DNA from: an uncultured Porticoccaceae bacterium
GTDB lineage: Bacteria; Pseudomonadota; Gammaproteobacteria; Pseudomonadales; Porticoccaceae
NCBI GenBank assembly: GCA_965662525.1
Contig: CBFIHQ010000001.1
Coordinates: 52,535-116,534 of the forward strand
Direction of reading: 5' to 3'
DNA: 64,000 nt
Part shown: positions 12,540-23,817 of the stretch, piece by piece
Layout: every line of letters starts with the position of its first letter
Position numbering within the stretch: position 1 is the stretch's first letter
The notes under the pieces: model-generated
Told to the model about the DNA's origin: nothing
The model's input: the letters and a program-made list of their open reading frames with translations, nothing else
Databases searched by the model: none
Made by a program: the position numbers and the translations under genes

Positions 12540-15500
12540 ATGCCAAAAAGAACAGATATTAAAAGCGTATTAATTCTTGGAGCAGGCCCGATTGTGATTG
12601 GTCAGGCTTGTGAGTTCGATTATTCCGGTGCTCAAGCCTGTAAGGCTTTAAGAGAAGAAGGCTACAGAGTTATATTGGTTAACTCTAATCCAGCCACCAT
12701 TATGACCGATCCAGCAATGGCCGATGCTACATATATTGAGCCGGTTGAATGGGGTACTGTCGCTAAAATTATCGAAAAAGAAAGACCAGATGCTTTACTA
12801 CCAACTATGGGTGGCCAAACAGCGCTTAACTGTGCCTTGGATCTTGCTAAGCATGGTGTTTTAGAAAAATTCAATGTTGAAATGATTGGTGCCAATGCGG
12901 ACGCCATTGATAAGGCAGAAGACCGCGAGCGCTTTGACAAAGCCATGAAAGCTATTGGTTTAGATACCCCAAACTCTGGCATTGCTCACAGCCTTGAAGA
13001 AGCCTATCAGGTTGCCGATCGTTTTGGTTTTCCCTGTATTATTCGTCCCTCATTTACTATGGGTGGATCAGGGGGTGGTATCGCCTATAACCGCGAAGAA
13101 TTCGAGCAGATCTGTCGACGTGGCCTCGATCTCTCGCCGACCAATGAATTGTTAATTGATGAATCGCTGATTGGTTGGAAAGAATTTGAAATGGAGGTGG
13201 TTAGAGACCGCAATGATAACTGCATTATTATCTGTTCTATTGAAAATCTCGACCCTATGGGTATTCACACCGGCGACTCAATTACTGTTGCACCTGCTCA
13301 AACCTTAACTGATAAAGAATATCAGATCATGCGTAATGCTTCAGTCTGTGTATTACGCGAGATTGGTGTAGAGACTGGTGGTTCCAATGTGCAGTTTGCG
13401 GTAAACCCTGAAGATGGCCGTCTTATTGTTATTGAAATGAACCCTCGAGTTTCACGTTCATCGGCACTAGCCTCAAAGGCTACTGGCTTCCCTATTGCCA
13501 AGGTCGCTGCCAAGTTAGCCGTAGGCTATACCCTAGATGAACTACAAAATGAAATTACCGGCGGCGCTACACCAGCCTCTTTTGAGCCAAGTATCGATTA
13601 TGTGGTTACCAAGGTGCCACGTTTTGCCTTTGAGAAGTTTAACCAAGCAAGCCCAAAACTAACCACACAGATGAAATCTGTAGGTGAGGTAATGGCTATA
13701 GGGCGAACATTCCAAGAATCTATGCAAAAAGCACTGCGTGGTTTAGAAGTAGGTGTTTCTGGTTTTGATCCAGTGCTCGATCAGGCAGATGATTCATCAT
13801 CCAGTATTTTGAATAATCAGCTAGCTGAAGCTGGCCCTGATCGTATCTGGTATGTTGCCGACGGTTTCCGTTCAGGAATGAGTCTTGATGAGATGTTTAA
13901 TATCACCAAAATTGATCCATGGTTTTTGGTGCAAATTGAAGATCTAATTAAAGACGAGCAACAATTACAGGGTGCGGAGCTTTCGGCGCTCGATAAAAAC
14001 AGATTGTTTAGACTGAAGCGCAAAGGTTTCTCCGATAAGCGTTTAGCTGACATTCTAGGTTGTGGCGAGAAGGCGATGCGAGCGCATCGACATCAGTTAG
14101 AGATTCATCCGGTCTACAAGCGGGTTGATACCTGTGCCGCTGAGTTCTCTACAGATACGGCTTATATGTATTCAACCTATGAAGAAGAATGCGAAGCGCA
14201 ACCTAGTGATCGTGAAAAAATCTTGGTTCTAGGTGGCGGGCCCAACAGAATTGGTCAGGGTATTGAATTTGATTACTGCTGTGTTCATGCGGCCTTAGCT
14301 ATGCGTGATGATGGCTATGAAACCATTATGGTTAACTGTAACCCTGAGACTGTATCTACGGATTATGATACCTCCGATCGACTGTTTTTTGAGCCAGTGA
14401 CTCTCGAAGATGTACTGGAAATTGTTCGTCTAGAAAAACCTAAAGGTGTTATTGTTCAGTTTGGTGGTCAAACGCCATTGAAATTGGCTCGTGCCCTTGA
14501 AGCTGAAGGCGTGCCTATTGTTGGTACTACCCCCGACGCCATCGACCGCGCCGAAGATCGCGAAAGATTCCAGCAGATGATTGAAAAGCTCGACCTTTTA
14601 CAGCCATCAAACGCCACAGCACGAAGCGCTGAAGATGCGGTTCTGCTAGCGGAAAAAATTGGCTACCCATTGGTTGTTCGTCCATCCTATGTTCTAGGCG
14701 GTCGCGCCATGGAGATTGTTTATAAAGAAGATGAATTGCGACACTATATGCGAACCGCTGTAGAAGTATCAGAGGATTCGCCAGTATTGCTAGACTTCTT
14801 CTTGCCGAATGCTATAGAAGTGGATGTGGATGCGGTTAGCGATGGCGAGCAAGTGGTAATCGGTGCCATTATGCAACATATCGAGCAAGCGGGAATTCAC
14901 TCTGGTGATTCGGCCTGCTCTCTTCCACCGTATAGTCTTAGTGAAGATGTGCAAAATGAGATGCGTGAAGTGTGCAAAAAAATGGCGCGCGAACTAGGCG
15001 TCCGCGGTCTGATGAATGTCCAGCTGGCACTTCAGGATGAAAAAATCTATGTGATTGAAGTCAATCCTCGAGCTTCTAGAACAGTGCCTTTTGTTTCCAA
15101 ATGTATTGGTACATCGCTGGCTAAAATAGCCGCACGCTGTATGGTTGGACAAACCCTAGAATCTCAGGGGTTCACCAAAGAAATCGTGCCGCCTTATTAC
15201 AGTGTTAAAGAAGCAGTTTTCCCGTTTAATAAGTTCCCAGGAATTGATCCAATTCTAGGGCCAGAAATGAAGTCGACCGGTGAAGTGATGGGTGTTGGTG
15301 AAACTTTCGCCGAAGCCTACGGTAAAGCTGAGCTGGGTGCCAGTGATGAAATACCCTCAAAGGGAACAGCGTTTATCAGTGTTCGAGATAGAGATAAGGG
15401 TCAACTGCCTGCCTTGGCAAAAGACTTATTATCTATGGGCTTTAAGCTAGTTGCTTCAAAGGGAACAGCTAAGGTAATCTCTGAGGCTGGTTTTGATGTT

Positions 15501-15758
15501 GAGCTGGTTAATAAGGTTCAAGAAGGCAGGCCGCATATTGTAGATATGATTAAAAGTGATAAGATTCACTTAATTATCAACACTACTGAAGGTCGCAAGG
15601 CAATCTCCGACTCCAGCGCTATTCGTTCTAGTGCAGAGCAGCATCAAGTTTACTATACTACAACGATGGCGGGCGGGAGAGCAGTATGTGAGGCTCTAAT
15701 GTTTGCTGGTGATATACAGGTTCGTGACTTACAAACGCTTCATAAGGCAATTAGTTAA
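12540..15758 (+). CDS. carB: Carbamoyl-phosphate synthase large subunit
   Basis: [18 protein letters not shown], duplicated ATP-grasp domains, MGS domain. Confidence 0.99.
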   Translation: MPKRTDIKSVLILGAGPIVIGQACEFDYSGAQACKALREEGYRVILVNSNPATIMTDPAMADATYIEPVEWGTVAKIIEKERPDALLPTMGGQTALNCALDLAKHGVLEKFNVEMIGANADAIDKAEDRERFDKAMKAIGLDTPNSGIAHSLEEAYQVADRFGFPCIIRPSFTMGGSGGGIAYNREEFEQICRRGLDLSPTNELLIDESLIGWKEFEMEVVRDRNDNCIIICSIENLDPMGIHTGDSITVAPAQTLTDKEYQIMRNASVCVLREIGVETGGSNVQFAVNPEDGRLIVIEMNPRVSRSSALASKATGFPIAKVAAKLAVGYTLDELQNEITGGATPASFEPSIDYVVTKVPRFAFEKFNQASPKLTTQMKSVGEVMAIGRTFQESMQKALRGLEVGVSGFDPVLDQADDSSSSILNNQLAEAGPDRIWYVADGFRSGMSLDEMFNITKIDPWFLVQIEDLIKDEQQLQGAELSALDKNRLFRLKRKGFSDKRLADILGCGEKAMRAHRHQLEIHPVYKRVDTCAAEFSTDTAYMYSTYEEECEAQPSDREKILVLGGGPNRIGQGIEFDYCCVHAALAMRDDGYETIMVNCNPETVSTDYDTSDRLFFEPVTLEDVLEIVRLEKPKGVIVQFGGQTPLKLARALEAEGVPIVGTTPDAIDRAEDRERFQQMIEKLDLLQPSNATARSAEDAVLLAEKIGYPLVVRPSYVLGGRAMEIVYKEDELRHYMRTAVEVSEDSPVLLDFFLPNAIEVDVDAVSDGEQVVIGAIMQHIEQAGIHSGDSACSLPPYSLSEDVQNEMREVCKKMARELGVRGLMNVQLALQDEKIYVIEVNPRASRTVPFVSKCIGTSLAKIAARCMVGQTLESQGFTKEIVPPYYSVKEAVFPFNKFPGIDPILGPEMKSTGEVMGVGETFAEAYGKAELGASDEIPSKGTAFISVRDRDKGQLPALAKDLLSMGFKLVASKGTAKVISEAGFDVELVNKVQEGRPHIVDMIKSDKIHLIINTTEGRKAISDSSAIRSSAEQHQVYYTTTMAGGRAVCEALMFAGDIQVRDLQTLHKAIS

Positions 15759-16238
15759 ATGCAAAAAATTCCAATGACAGTCGAGGGTGAGGCAGCGCTT
15801 CGAATTGAGCTTGAAAAGCTTAAGAAAGAAGATCGCCCAACGGTTATTCAGGCTATTGCTGAAGCTCGTGAGCATGGCGACCTAAAAGAGAATGCTGAAT
15901 ACCATGCTGCTAGAGAACAGCAGGGCTTTATTGAGGGGCGTATTCAAGATATAGAATCAAAGCTTTCTCTTTGTCAGATAGTGGACATCTCACAAATGCC
16001 CGAGGGCGATCGAGTTATCTTTGGCTCTACTGTGACTATTATCAATACAGAAACCGATGAAAAGTTAACCTACAGAATTGTCGGTGATGATGAGGCAGAT
16101 GTAAAAGCGGGCATGATTTCCTATCAATCGCCGATCGCTCGCGCACTCATCAGCAAAGAAATTGGCGATGTGGTTAATGTTCATACACCGGGTGGTGAGG
16201 TTGAATATGAAATTGACGATGTATCCTACTCTGGCTAA
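15759..16238 (+). CDS. greA: Transcription elongation factor GreA
   Basis: [27 protein letters not shown]. Confidence 0.98.
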   Translation: MQKIPMTVEGEAALRIELEKLKKEDRPTVIQAIAEAREHGDLKENAEYHAAREQQGFIEGRIQDIESKLSLCQIVDISQMPEGDRVIFGSTVTIINTETDEKLTYRIVGDDEADVKAGMISYQSPIARALISKEIGDVVNVHTPGGEVEYEIDDVSYSG

Positions 16239-16265
16239 TGGTTTGTATTAGCCAGTGCCAAAAAT
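16231..16265. terminator. Hairpin between convergent greA and argF
   Basis: CTGGCTAAT-GGTTTGT-ATTAGCCAG 9-bp stem. Confidence 0.5.
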
Positions 16266-17173
16266 TACTGGTTTAGTAAAAATAACATCAATGCTTTTTG
16301 CGCATGCAAACGATTTTCCGCTTCATCCCAAACTACAGAAATAGATTTATCTTCTAATAATTCAGCGGAAACTTCCTCGCCTCTATGTGCAGGTAAGCAA
16401 TGCATAAATAAAGCATTATCTGCGGCCTTAGCTATTAGCTTATGGTTTACCTGAAAGCCTGCAAAGTTCTCTAACCTTGTTGCTTGTTCGGATTCTTGGC
16501 CCATAGAGGCAAATACATCAGTAGTGACAAGATCGGCACCAGAGACAGCCTGGCTAGGATCCATGGTCACCAATACTCGGTCACCGGCACTTTTAACAAT
16601 ATCAGGGTCTGGCTCATAGCCTAGAGGGCAAGCTACCTGCAACTTAAAATCAAACTGCATGGCGGCATTGATCCACGAGTGGCACATATTGTTGCCATCG
16701 CCAATCCAAGCCACCGTTTTTCCTTGGATAGAGCCGCGATGTTCAACATAAGTTTGTACATCGGCAAGCAACTGACAGGGGTGAAAGCTATCAGTTAAGG
16801 CATTGATCACTGGTACATTAGAATGCTTGGCAAATGTCTCAATTTTTTCATGACCAAAGGTTCTAATCATAATAATATCGGTCATTCTTGAAATCACTCT
16901 GGCAGAATCTTCAATCGGCTCACCTCGGCCCAATTGGGTATCTGTAGGCGATAGGAAAAGTGCGCTGCCGCCAAGCTGAGCCATGCCAGCTTCAAAAGAA
17001 ACTCTGGTTCTAGTGGATGATTTCTCAAAAATCATCGCCAGCACCTTGCCCGCTAAAACTGGCTGCTGTGTGTTTTCACGATGCGCTTTTTTTAAAGCAA
17101 TCGCTGAATCAATCACCTGATTTAGTTCACTAGGTGAAAGGTCATGTAGAGTGAGAAAATGTCTAACAGCCAT
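16265..17173 (-). CDS. argF: Ornithine carbamoyltransferase
   Basis: [31 protein letters not shown]. Confidence 0.98.
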   Translation of the reverse strand: MAVRHFLTLHDLSPSELNQVIDSAIALKKAHRENTQQPVLAGKVLAMIFEKSSTRTRVSFEAGMAQLGGSALFLSPTDTQLGRGEPIEDSARVISRMTDIIMIRTFGHEKIETFAKHSNVPVINALTDSFHPCQLLADVQTYVEHRGSIQGKTVAWIGDGNNMCHSWINAAMQFDFKLQVACPLGYEPDPDIVKSAGDRVLVTMDPSQAVSGADLVTTDVFASMGQESEQATRLENFAGFQVNHKLIAKAADNALFMHCLPAHRGEEVSAELLEDKSISVVWDEAENRLHAQKALMLFLLNQ

Positions 17174-17184
17174 CGTTTTGACTC

Positions 17185-18357
17185 CTATTGGAAGTCTCTA
17201 ATTAGGGGCGCCAAAATGCTCACAACTTGTTGAGCTTCTTGATCGGTCATAATCATAGGTGGTAACAGTCTAACCACTGAGTCAGCAGTTACATTAATAA
17301 TTAAGCCATGTTTAAGTGCTTCGGTATACAGTGATTTACAGGGCATGGTGAGTTCAATCCCGATCATACAGCCACAGCCCCTAATATCTTTTACATGCTC
17401 AACATTATTAAGTTCTGAAGCCAGACCTTGCATAATGATATCGCCAATTACTGTAGCTCTCTGATAGATATCACCAGACTCCAGTAACTCAACTACCTTT
17501 AGTGCAACAGAGCATGCTAATGGATTGCCGCCAAAGGTGGAGCCGTGATTGCCCGGCTGCATTAGATGGGCAGCATTGCCGGATGCTAAACAAGCGCCAA
17601 TAGGCATACCATTGCCAAGCCCCTTGGCGGTGGTGACCACATCGGGTGTTACGCCGCTGTGCTGATGGTAAAAATATTTACCGGTTCTACCATTACCTGT
17701 TTGAACTTCGTCAAACATTAGCAGCCAGTCGAGTTCGTCACAAAGGTTTCTTAACTGCTGCAAATAATTTGAGTCAGCTAGATTAATACCACCCTCTCCT
17801 TGAATAGGCTCAACAAATATAGCGCAGATATCTGGATTATTTTTAGCAATAATTTTGAGGGCCTCAATATCATTGAAGGGCCCACGTGCAAAACCTGTTA
17901 CGAGTGGCTCAAAGCCCGCTTGAATTTTTCTGCTACCAGAGGCGCTTAAAGTAGCAAGAGTTCTGCCATGAAAGGCATTATCCATAACCAATACTGTCGG
18001 TAACTTAATCCCTTTCTTATTACCATGTAAGCGCGCTATTTTAATCGCTGCTTCATTAGCCTCAGCGCCGGAATTACTAAAGAAAATATTAGTCATACCA
18101 GAAATCTGGCATAACTTTTCAGCGAGCTGTTGTTGGCTGGGAATAGAGAAAAAGTTTGAACAGTGAATTAATTTTGACGCTTGATCAGAAATAACAGCGC
18201 TGAGTTCAGCATGAGAATGGCCCAAACCACAGACGGCAATACCTGATAGCGCATCTAGATATTTGTTACCTTTTTCGTCATATAGCCATGCACCTTCGCC
18301 GCCAACTAGTGTCGCAGCTCTTTCGCCATAGGTATTCATTAAGGACTTGTCGCCCAT
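17185..18357 (-). CDS. argD: Acetylornithine aminotransferase
   Basis: [38 protein letters not shown]; upstream of argF. Confidence 0.95.
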   Translation of the reverse strand: MGDKSLMNTYGERAATLVGGEGAWLYDEKGNKYLDALSGIAVCGLGHSHAELSAVISDQASKLIHCSNFFSIPSQQQLAEKLCQISGMTNIFFSNSGAEANEAAIKIARLHGNKKGIKLPTVLVMDNAFHGRTLATLSASGSRKIQAGFEPLVTGFARGPFNDIEALKIIAKNNPDICAIFVEPIQGEGGINLADSNYLQQLRNLCDELDWLLMFDEVQTGNGRTGKYFYHQHSGVTPDVVTTAKGLGNGMPIGACLASGNAAHLMQPGNHGSTFGGNPLACSVALKVVELLESGDIYQRATVIGDIIMQGLASELNNVEHVKDIRGCGCMIGIELTMPCKSLYTEALKHGLIINVTADSVVRLLPPMIMTDQEAQQVVSILAPLIRDFQ

Positions 18358-18387
18358 AATTATTCACGCTCTTTTTAAAATCTAATA

Positions 18388-18452
18388 GAAAAAGGGCAGC
18401 GTTGCTGCCCTTGACACCTTGTGATTATAGAAACATTTACTAGTCATCGCAA
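18388..18452 (-). promoter_or_regulatory. Sigma-70 promoter of argD-argF with a promoter-proximal terminator-like hairpin
   Basis: Minus strand TTGCGA-N17-TATAAT (18452-18424), then AAGGGCAGC-AAC-GCTGCCCTT-TTT. Confidence 0.6.
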
Positions 18453-18567
18453 TTTTTGCTTAGCTAGCCTTGTCTGGATAAAATTTTTACAGTAAATCAA
18501 TACCGTCAAACTCTGAAACAGGTTAAAATGCGTATAATCCAAATTTATCGAAATAGGGCGCTTTTAA

Positions 18568-18900
18568 ATGGATACTATGGAAACAATTCGTGATCAGGTC
18601 GAAGGTAACTCAGTATTACTTTATATGAAAGGATCACCCAATCAACCACAATGTGGTTTTTCAGCCCGCACTGTGCAGGCGCTGATGGCATGCGGTCACC
18701 GCTTTGCCTATGTAGATGTGCTATCAAATCCAGAAATTAGATCTAATTTACCGCTTTATGGTAACTGGCCAACTTTCCCTCAGCTTTGGGTAGCTGGTGA
18801 GCTAATTGGCGGCTGTGATATTGTGACTGAAATGCATGAAAAGGGTGAATTGAAAACCCTTATTGATGAAGTTGTTGGCGATCAAGCTGAAAGCGAATAA
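18568..18900 (+). CDS. grxD: Monothiol glutaredoxin Grx4
   Basis: MKGSPNQPQCGFS, WPTFPQL, GGCD. Confidence 0.97.
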   Translation: MDTMETIRDQVEGNSVLLYMKGSPNQPQCGFSARTVQALMACGHRFAYVDVLSNPEIRSNLPLYGNWPTFPQLWVAGELIGGCDIVTEMHEKGELKTLIDEVVGDQAESE

Positions 18901-18910
18901 TTAAATTTAT

Positions 18911-18950
18911 AAAAAAACGCTCGGTGAAATATCATCGAGCGTTTTTTTTT
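18911..18950. terminator. Bidirectional terminator between grxD and FTR1
   Basis: AAAAAAACGCTCGGTGA-AATA-TCATCGAGCGTTTTTTTTT. Confidence 0.9.
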
Positions 18951-18980
18951 GCTTTTTTAAAAGTTTAGAACAACAACTTT

Positions 18981-19895
18981 CTAAGCTTCAGATTTAGAGA
19001 AATAAAATTTTCGCCACAGTCTTAATCCAAAGCCCAAAGATAGTATCCAGACAAATAGCTCGATCCAGTTAGGGTTGCTGTTATAGCCGACAAAGCCTTT
19101 AAGAAAAACACCAATATGTCCCTTATCATGCAACAGGTGAGTGTATTTTTCTTTACCATTAAGGTTGTAAGAATAAAACGCAGGATTATCTGATTCGCTT
19201 AATTCAGCTTTTGGTTTAAGGATGCTGTAAGGGCGAGCAATATCCTGTTTTGTTTCAAGGCCAATGATCTGGAGATGATCACCCTTGACTAAAAATTCTT
19301 CAATTTCATGGGTGCCATAGGTCATCATGCCTGAAGCAAAAACAACTAATAATAAGCTAGTTGCCCTAAAAAATGACTTAAGCTGAATACGTTTACCCTG
19401 AATAACAATGGCATAACCTATAGCAATCGCTATCACCAGGCCGCCAATAAAGCCTGTGTAAGAGAAAGATTCTGTCATAGAAAAGCTGCCCATTAAGAAG
19501 ATGGCTGTTTCAAAACCTTCTCGGTAGATAGCGAAAAATATAATCAAGAAAATACCCCATCCAGCATTTTCCACAGCTTGATTGGCATCCTCTTTTAATG
19601 TGGCAGTTGCACCCACCTGTTTAGATAGCCAAAAAATCACATACCAGATCAAACCAGCAGTGGCGATCATGGCTACTCCCTCAAAGAGAGCCTCAATAGA
19701 CGCGTTGCCAATGGAGCTTTTTACCTGGACCAATGCATAACCAGTGATAATACTGGCGACAATAGCACTTGCAACGCCTAGCCAAAGTTGACGGATTTCT
19801 TTGTGAAGGTCTTGCTTAATAAGAAGGGTATAAATGATTCCAACAATTAAAGAAGCCTCAAGGCCCTCGCGAAACATAATAATAAATTCGTTCAT
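18981..19895 (-). CDS. FTR1/EfeU-family iron permease
   Basis: Two RExxE motifs (FREGLEA, YREGFET), about 7 TM helices, Fur box upstream. Confidence 0.9.
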   Translation of the reverse strand: MNEFIIMFREGLEASLIVGIIYTLLIKQDLHKEIRQLWLGVASAIVASIITGYALVQVKSSIGNASIEALFEGVAMIATAGLIWYVIFWLSKQVGATATLKEDANQAVENAGWGIFLIIFFAIYREGFETAIFLMGSFSMTESFSYTGFIGGLVIAIAIGYAIVIQGKRIQLKSFFRATSLLLVVFASGMMTYGTHEIEEFLVKGDHLQIIGLETKQDIARPYSILKPKAELSESDNPAFYSYNLNGKEKYTHLLHDKGHIGVFLKGFVGYNSNPNWIELFVWILSLGFGLRLWRKFYFSKSEA

Positions 19896-19999
19896 AACAG
19901 GTTTGCTCTATATTTGTGCATGGAGAACTGGAAAAAATTTGTAGCAGGATCGCTGAAACAACATTTTCAAAATTCAATTTTACAGAAAAAATCAGCTTA

Positions 20000-20018
20000 A
20001 ATGCAAATAATTATCATT
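20000..20018. promoter_or_regulatory. Fur box (FTR1-proximal)
   Basis: AA-TGCAAAT-A-ATTATCA-TT, a near 7-1-7 Fur inverted repeat. Confidence 0.75.
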
Positions 20019-20105
20019 TGTAAATAGGACAGCATATTAATAATACTAAGAAACATCGCATTTGGTTCATTGAAAACAAAGTATAGGAGCTGTTCAAAAT
20101 AATTG

Positions 20106-20138
20106 TTGCAAATATTAATGATAATCATTATCATTATC
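20106..20138 (+). promoter_or_regulatory. Fur box overlapping the sigma-70 promoter of the TonB receptor
   Basis: Perfect TGATAAT-C-ATTATCA (20119-20133) plus an extra ATTATC hexamer; TTGCAA-N17-TATCAT promoter. Confidence 0.9.
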
Positions 20139-20180
20139 AAATAATTTAAATACACACATATATTTTGAAGAGACAATTTT

Positions 20181-22286
20181 ATGAAGCGAGTATTATTTAC
20201 AGGCGTTACCGTTCTATTTAGCGTCCTTATGTCCATTGATGTTTTGGCTGAAGGTTCAGAAGTTGAGGAGATCCTTGTTAAGGGTAGAGTTTTACAGAGT
20301 GATCAAATGAATGCGCTCAAAATACCTACGCCAATTATTAATGTGCCTCAATCTCTTTCTATTATTACAGATGAAGATGTCCGTAAAAAAGGCTTCAAAG
20401 AGATAGGCGACATTGTTAAATATACCCCAGGAATTAATACCTCCTTGGGAGAGGGGCATCGAGATGCAGTGGTATTTCGCGGCGTAAGATCAACAGCAGA
20501 CTTCTTTCAAGATGGCGTAAGGGACGATGTTCAATACTACCGCCCCCTATACAATGTAGAGCAGGTTGAAGTCCTTAGAGGCCCCAACGCGTTATTATTT
20601 GGGCGTGGTGGAACTGGCGGTGTTATTAATAGGGTTTCCAAGAAGCCAGTCAATGGAAAAGAATTTAAAACCGTCGACCTTGGTTATGATTCGTTTGGTG
20701 CATCCGATATCGCTGTCGATTTAAATACAAACCTTAGTGACTCTGTCGCTTTTCGCTTAAACGTACATAATGATTCTCTTGAAAATCATCGAGATTTTTA
20801 TAATGGTGAACGATTCGGCATCAACCCTACACTCAGTGTGGCGCTAGATGCAGATACCGACGTAATACTATCTTATGAATATATTGATCATGAGCGATTT
20901 ATTGATCGCGGTATTCCTACTGCTAATGGTGAACCAGTAAAAGCCTTAAGCGATATTGTATTTGGTGATAAGAACGAAAATCTCAATACAGTTGAAGCTT
21001 CTGTATTGCGTGCATCATTGGATCATAAATTTTCAGACTCGAGCAAAGCAAGTCTTTCGGTGATTTCTAGTAGCTTTGAAAAAATGTATCAAAATACTTA
21101 CGCGAATAGCTACGATCTTGATACCAATGTTGTTGAAATGGATGGTTATCATGACCCCACTAATAGAGATAATCTAATTGTTTCTGGTAATTTAGTTAAT
21201 GCGCTTAATATCGGTAATATGACTCATACAATTCTTACTGGGTTTGAGACGGTTAAAACCGAAAATAGTAATCTTCGTTATAATATTCTTTGGTCTTCAA
21301 ATGATTGTTCAGTAAGTAATTATGATAGAGAAACATTTAATGTTACCAACCCAATGGACTTCACTACAAATGCAGGCGGTGTTGCTACGAGCCTCGAATA
21401 TACCGATTCATGCGCCCTTAAAACGAGCACAGAGACGGATATAAGCGTTAGCTCTTTTTATATTCAAGATCAAATTGATGTCACTGATAATCTAATCGTA
21501 TTGCTTGGTGGTCGTTATGATAAGTTTGATGTCAAAGTAGACGATGTGAAGAATGCCTCCTCTGCATCAAGAGTGGATACTGAGTTTTCTCCAAGATTTG
21601 GTTTGATTTATAAGCCTCAAAACAATGTGTCTGTTTACTATAGTTATAGTGAAAGCTTCTCGCCAAGATCGGGTGAGCAGTATAAGAAGCTTACGGGTGG
21701 AGCGCCTGGCACAGGTGAAACGCTAAAGCCAGATTATTATGAAAACTCCGAAATAGGCGTTAAATTTGACCTGAATAAAGACCTAAGTTTTACCTCTGCG
21801 TTCTTTGAAAGTGAATCAGAGATTGCAGGATATGATGGATCAAGCTCAGAATATATAACTGAGCGTGGATTGTCGGTCGAAGGGTTTGAGTTAGAGTTAA
21901 AAGGGCGTGTTAATGATAATCTTAATGTTGCGTTTAGCTACAGCAATATAGATGGAGAAACTTCGAGCGGCGGAAAGCCAAAAGAAATTCCAGATTCCAC
22001 CTATTCAATCTGGACAACCTATGATGTAAGTCCTAAATTAGGTTGGGCGCTAGGTGTGGTACATCAGGGTGAATCAGCAGTGAAAGATAACAACCCAACT
22101 CTACTTCTACCTGATTACACTAGAGTTGATGCGGCAGTTTATTATGAGCTTTCTAATGATACTAAGCTTCAGCTGAACCTAGAAAACCTTTCGGATGAGG
22201 TATATTTCCCTCATTCACACAGCACTCATCAGGTAGCTGTCGGGGAGTCTAGAAATATTAGATTTTCACTTAGAAAAGACTTTTAA
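20181..22286 (+). CDS. TonB-dependent siderophore receptor (Fiu/PiuA-like)
   Basis: Signal peptide, TonB box EEILVKG, plug NVEQVEVLRGPNALLFGRGGTGGVINRVSK, LNLENLSDEVY, C-terminal Phe; Fur box. Confidence 0.92.
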   Translation: MKRVLFTGVTVLFSVLMSIDVLAEGSEVEEILVKGRVLQSDQMNALKIPTPIINVPQSLSIITDEDVRKKGFKEIGDIVKYTPGINTSLGEGHRDAVVFRGVRSTADFFQDGVRDDVQYYRPLYNVEQVEVLRGPNALLFGRGGTGGVINRVSKKPVNGKEFKTVDLGYDSFGASDIAVDLNTNLSDSVAFRLNVHNDSLENHRDFYNGERFGINPTLSVALDADTDVILSYEYIDHERFIDRGIPTANGEPVKALSDIVFGDKNENLNTVEASVLRASLDHKFSDSSKASLSVISSSFEKMYQNTYANSYDLDTNVVEMDGYHDPTNRDNLIVSGNLVNALNIGNMTHTILTGFETVKTENSNLRYNILWSSNDCSVSNYDRETFNVTNPMDFTTNAGGVATSLEYTDSCALKTSTETDISVSSFYIQDQIDVTDNLIVLLGGRYDKFDVKVDDVKNASSASRVDTEFSPRFGLIYKPQNNVSVYYSYSESFSPRSGEQYKKLTGGAPGTGETLKPDYYENSEIGVKFDLNKDLSFTSAFFESESEIAGYDGSSSEYITERGLSVEGFELELKGRVNDNLNVAFSYSNIDGETSSGGKPKEIPDSTYSIWTTYDVSPKLGWALGVVHQGESAVKDNNPTLLLPDYTRVDAAVYYELSNDTKLQLNLENLSDEVYFPHSHSTHQVAVGESRNIRFSLRKDF

Positions 22287-22315
22287 ATTCGCTGGATTTT
22301 AGAGTTAATAATTAC

Positions 22316-22343
22316 AAGGGGCGACATAGTCGCCCCTTTTTTT
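22316..22343 (+). terminator. Intrinsic terminator
   Basis: AAGGGGCGAC-ATA-GTCGCCCCTTTTTTT. Confidence 0.9.
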
Positions 22344-22568
22344 GTATAAGTAATTTCTCAAAACGTAAAGTCTGTTGTTGATTCGATTTCGTAAACATGT
22401 GAAATTCATCTGCATTAGTTTTTGATGTTCTTCGCAGATTTTTCGTTTAGTAATTGAGATGCCAATTAATTGAATTTAAACGATCAATTAGTTGAAAGTT
22501 TTCTACCAAGAAACTATGCTCTCGAATGAGCAGTTTTTTAAGTAATTTTTACATTAGGAGTAAGTAAT

Positions 22569-23171
22569 ATGTCTGTATTAGTAGGCAAGCCAGCACCGGA
22601 TTTCACTGCGGCAGCAGTCACTGGCAGCGGCGAGATTATCGATAACTTTAATTTAGCAGAGGCAATCAAAGGCAAAAAGGCTGTAGTATTCTTTTACCCG
22701 CTTGATTTTACCTTTGTTTGTCCTTCAGAGCTTATCGCTTTTGATCATCGCTATCAGGAATTTGTTGACCGCGGTGTTGAGGTTATTGGTGTTTCAATTG
22801 ATTCCCAGTTTTCTCATAATGCGTGGCGAAACACCGACATTAATGATGGTGGTATTGGCGCAGTAAAATATCCTCTTGTTGCTGATGTTAAGCATGAGAT
22901 TTGTCAGGCCTATGATGTTGAGCATGCTGATGGCGTAGCATTTCGTGGGTCATTCTTAATTGATGAAGACGGCTTGGTAAGGCATCAGGTTGTGAATGAT
23001 TTGCCATTGGGGCGCAACGTTGATGAAATGTTGCGTATGGTTGATGCATTGGCATTCCATCAGGATCATGGTGAAGTATGCCCAGCAGGCTGGAACAAAG
23101 GTGATAGTGGTATGAAGGACACCCCAGATGGTGTGGCTGAGTATCTATCAGAGAACGCTGACAAACTATAA
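22569..23171 (+). CDS. ahpC: 2-Cys peroxiredoxin (AhpC/Tsa family)
   Basis: FYPLDFTFVCPSE and GEVCPAGW. Confidence 0.93.
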   Translation: MSVLVGKPAPDFTAAAVTGSGEIIDNFNLAEAIKGKKAVVFFYPLDFTFVCPSELIAFDHRYQEFVDRGVEVIGVSIDSQFSHNAWRNTDINDGGIGAVKYPLVADVKHEICQAYDVEHADGVAFRGSFLIDEDGLVRHQVVNDLPLGRNVDEMLRMVDALAFHQDHGEVCPAGWNKGDSGMKDTPDGVAEYLSENADKL

Positions 23172-23191
23172 TTATTCTACAGTTTGTCATT

Positions 23192-23224
23192 ACGCCCGCG
23201 CTGTTTCAGTGCGGGCGTTTGTTT
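23192..23224. terminator. Terminator between peroxiredoxin and NUDIX gene
   Basis: ACGCCCGCGCTG-TTT-CAGTGCGGGCGT-TTGTTT. Confidence 0.8.
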
Positions 23225-23244
23225 ATATGCGATCTATATATTCT

Positions 23245-23778
23245 TTATTTGCGAGTAATAACATCATGAATGACTGCGAAATTATTATTTTCACGGTCAG
23301 ATAAATAACGCTTAAGCACAGCTTTTACTACGGGAAATGCTAGTTCATCCCAAGGGATATCATGTTCGCTAAATAGAGCAACTTCAGTTGATTCAGAGCT
23401 GGGGCCAAACGCTTTATTGGCTAATTTACCGCGATAGAAAACATACACCTGATTGATATAAGGGATATCATAAAGAGCATACAATTCATTGTCGATAACG
23501 CTTGCGTTTGCCTCCTCGTAGCACTCTCTTAATGCACCCTCTAGGGTTGACTCATCATTCTCCAAAAAGCCTGCAGGAAGAGTCCAGCGACCTTTTTGTG
23601 GCTCAATGGCGCGCTTACACAACAAAATCTGTTGTTTATATTCGGGCAGGACTCCTACGATAACCAGCGGATTTTCATAGTGAACAGTGTTGCAGTGATC
23701 GCAGACAAAGCGTAGCCTGTTATCACCATCGGGTATCTGTTGTGTCACTTTATTGCCACAGTTGGAACAGAACTTCAT
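23245..23778 (-). CDS. NUDIX hydrolase with N-terminal zinc ribbon
   Basis: CSNCG...CDHC, Nudix box PAGFLENDESTLEGALRECYEEA. Confidence 0.9.
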   Translation of the reverse strand: MKFCSNCGNKVTQQIPDGDNRLRFVCDHCNTVHYENPLVIVGVLPEYKQQILLCKRAIEPQKGRWTLPAGFLENDESTLEGALRECYEEANASVIDNELYALYDIPYINQVYVFYRGKLANKAFGPSSESTEVALFSEHDIPWDELAFPVVKAVLKRYLSDRENNNFAVIHDVITRK

Positions 23779-23817
23779 AAAACCCTCATTGTTATTAATA
23801 ATAAGTATAAATGATTA

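Noticed and set aside
19997-20236. 79-aa minus-strand ORF in the FTR1/receptor spacer
   Set aside because: Low-complexity I/N-rich translation of the Fur boxes; overlaps the receptor start
22440-22520. Possible OxyR site upstream of the peroxiredoxin
   Set aside because: AT-rich, but ATAG-N7-CTAT spacing not convincingly matched
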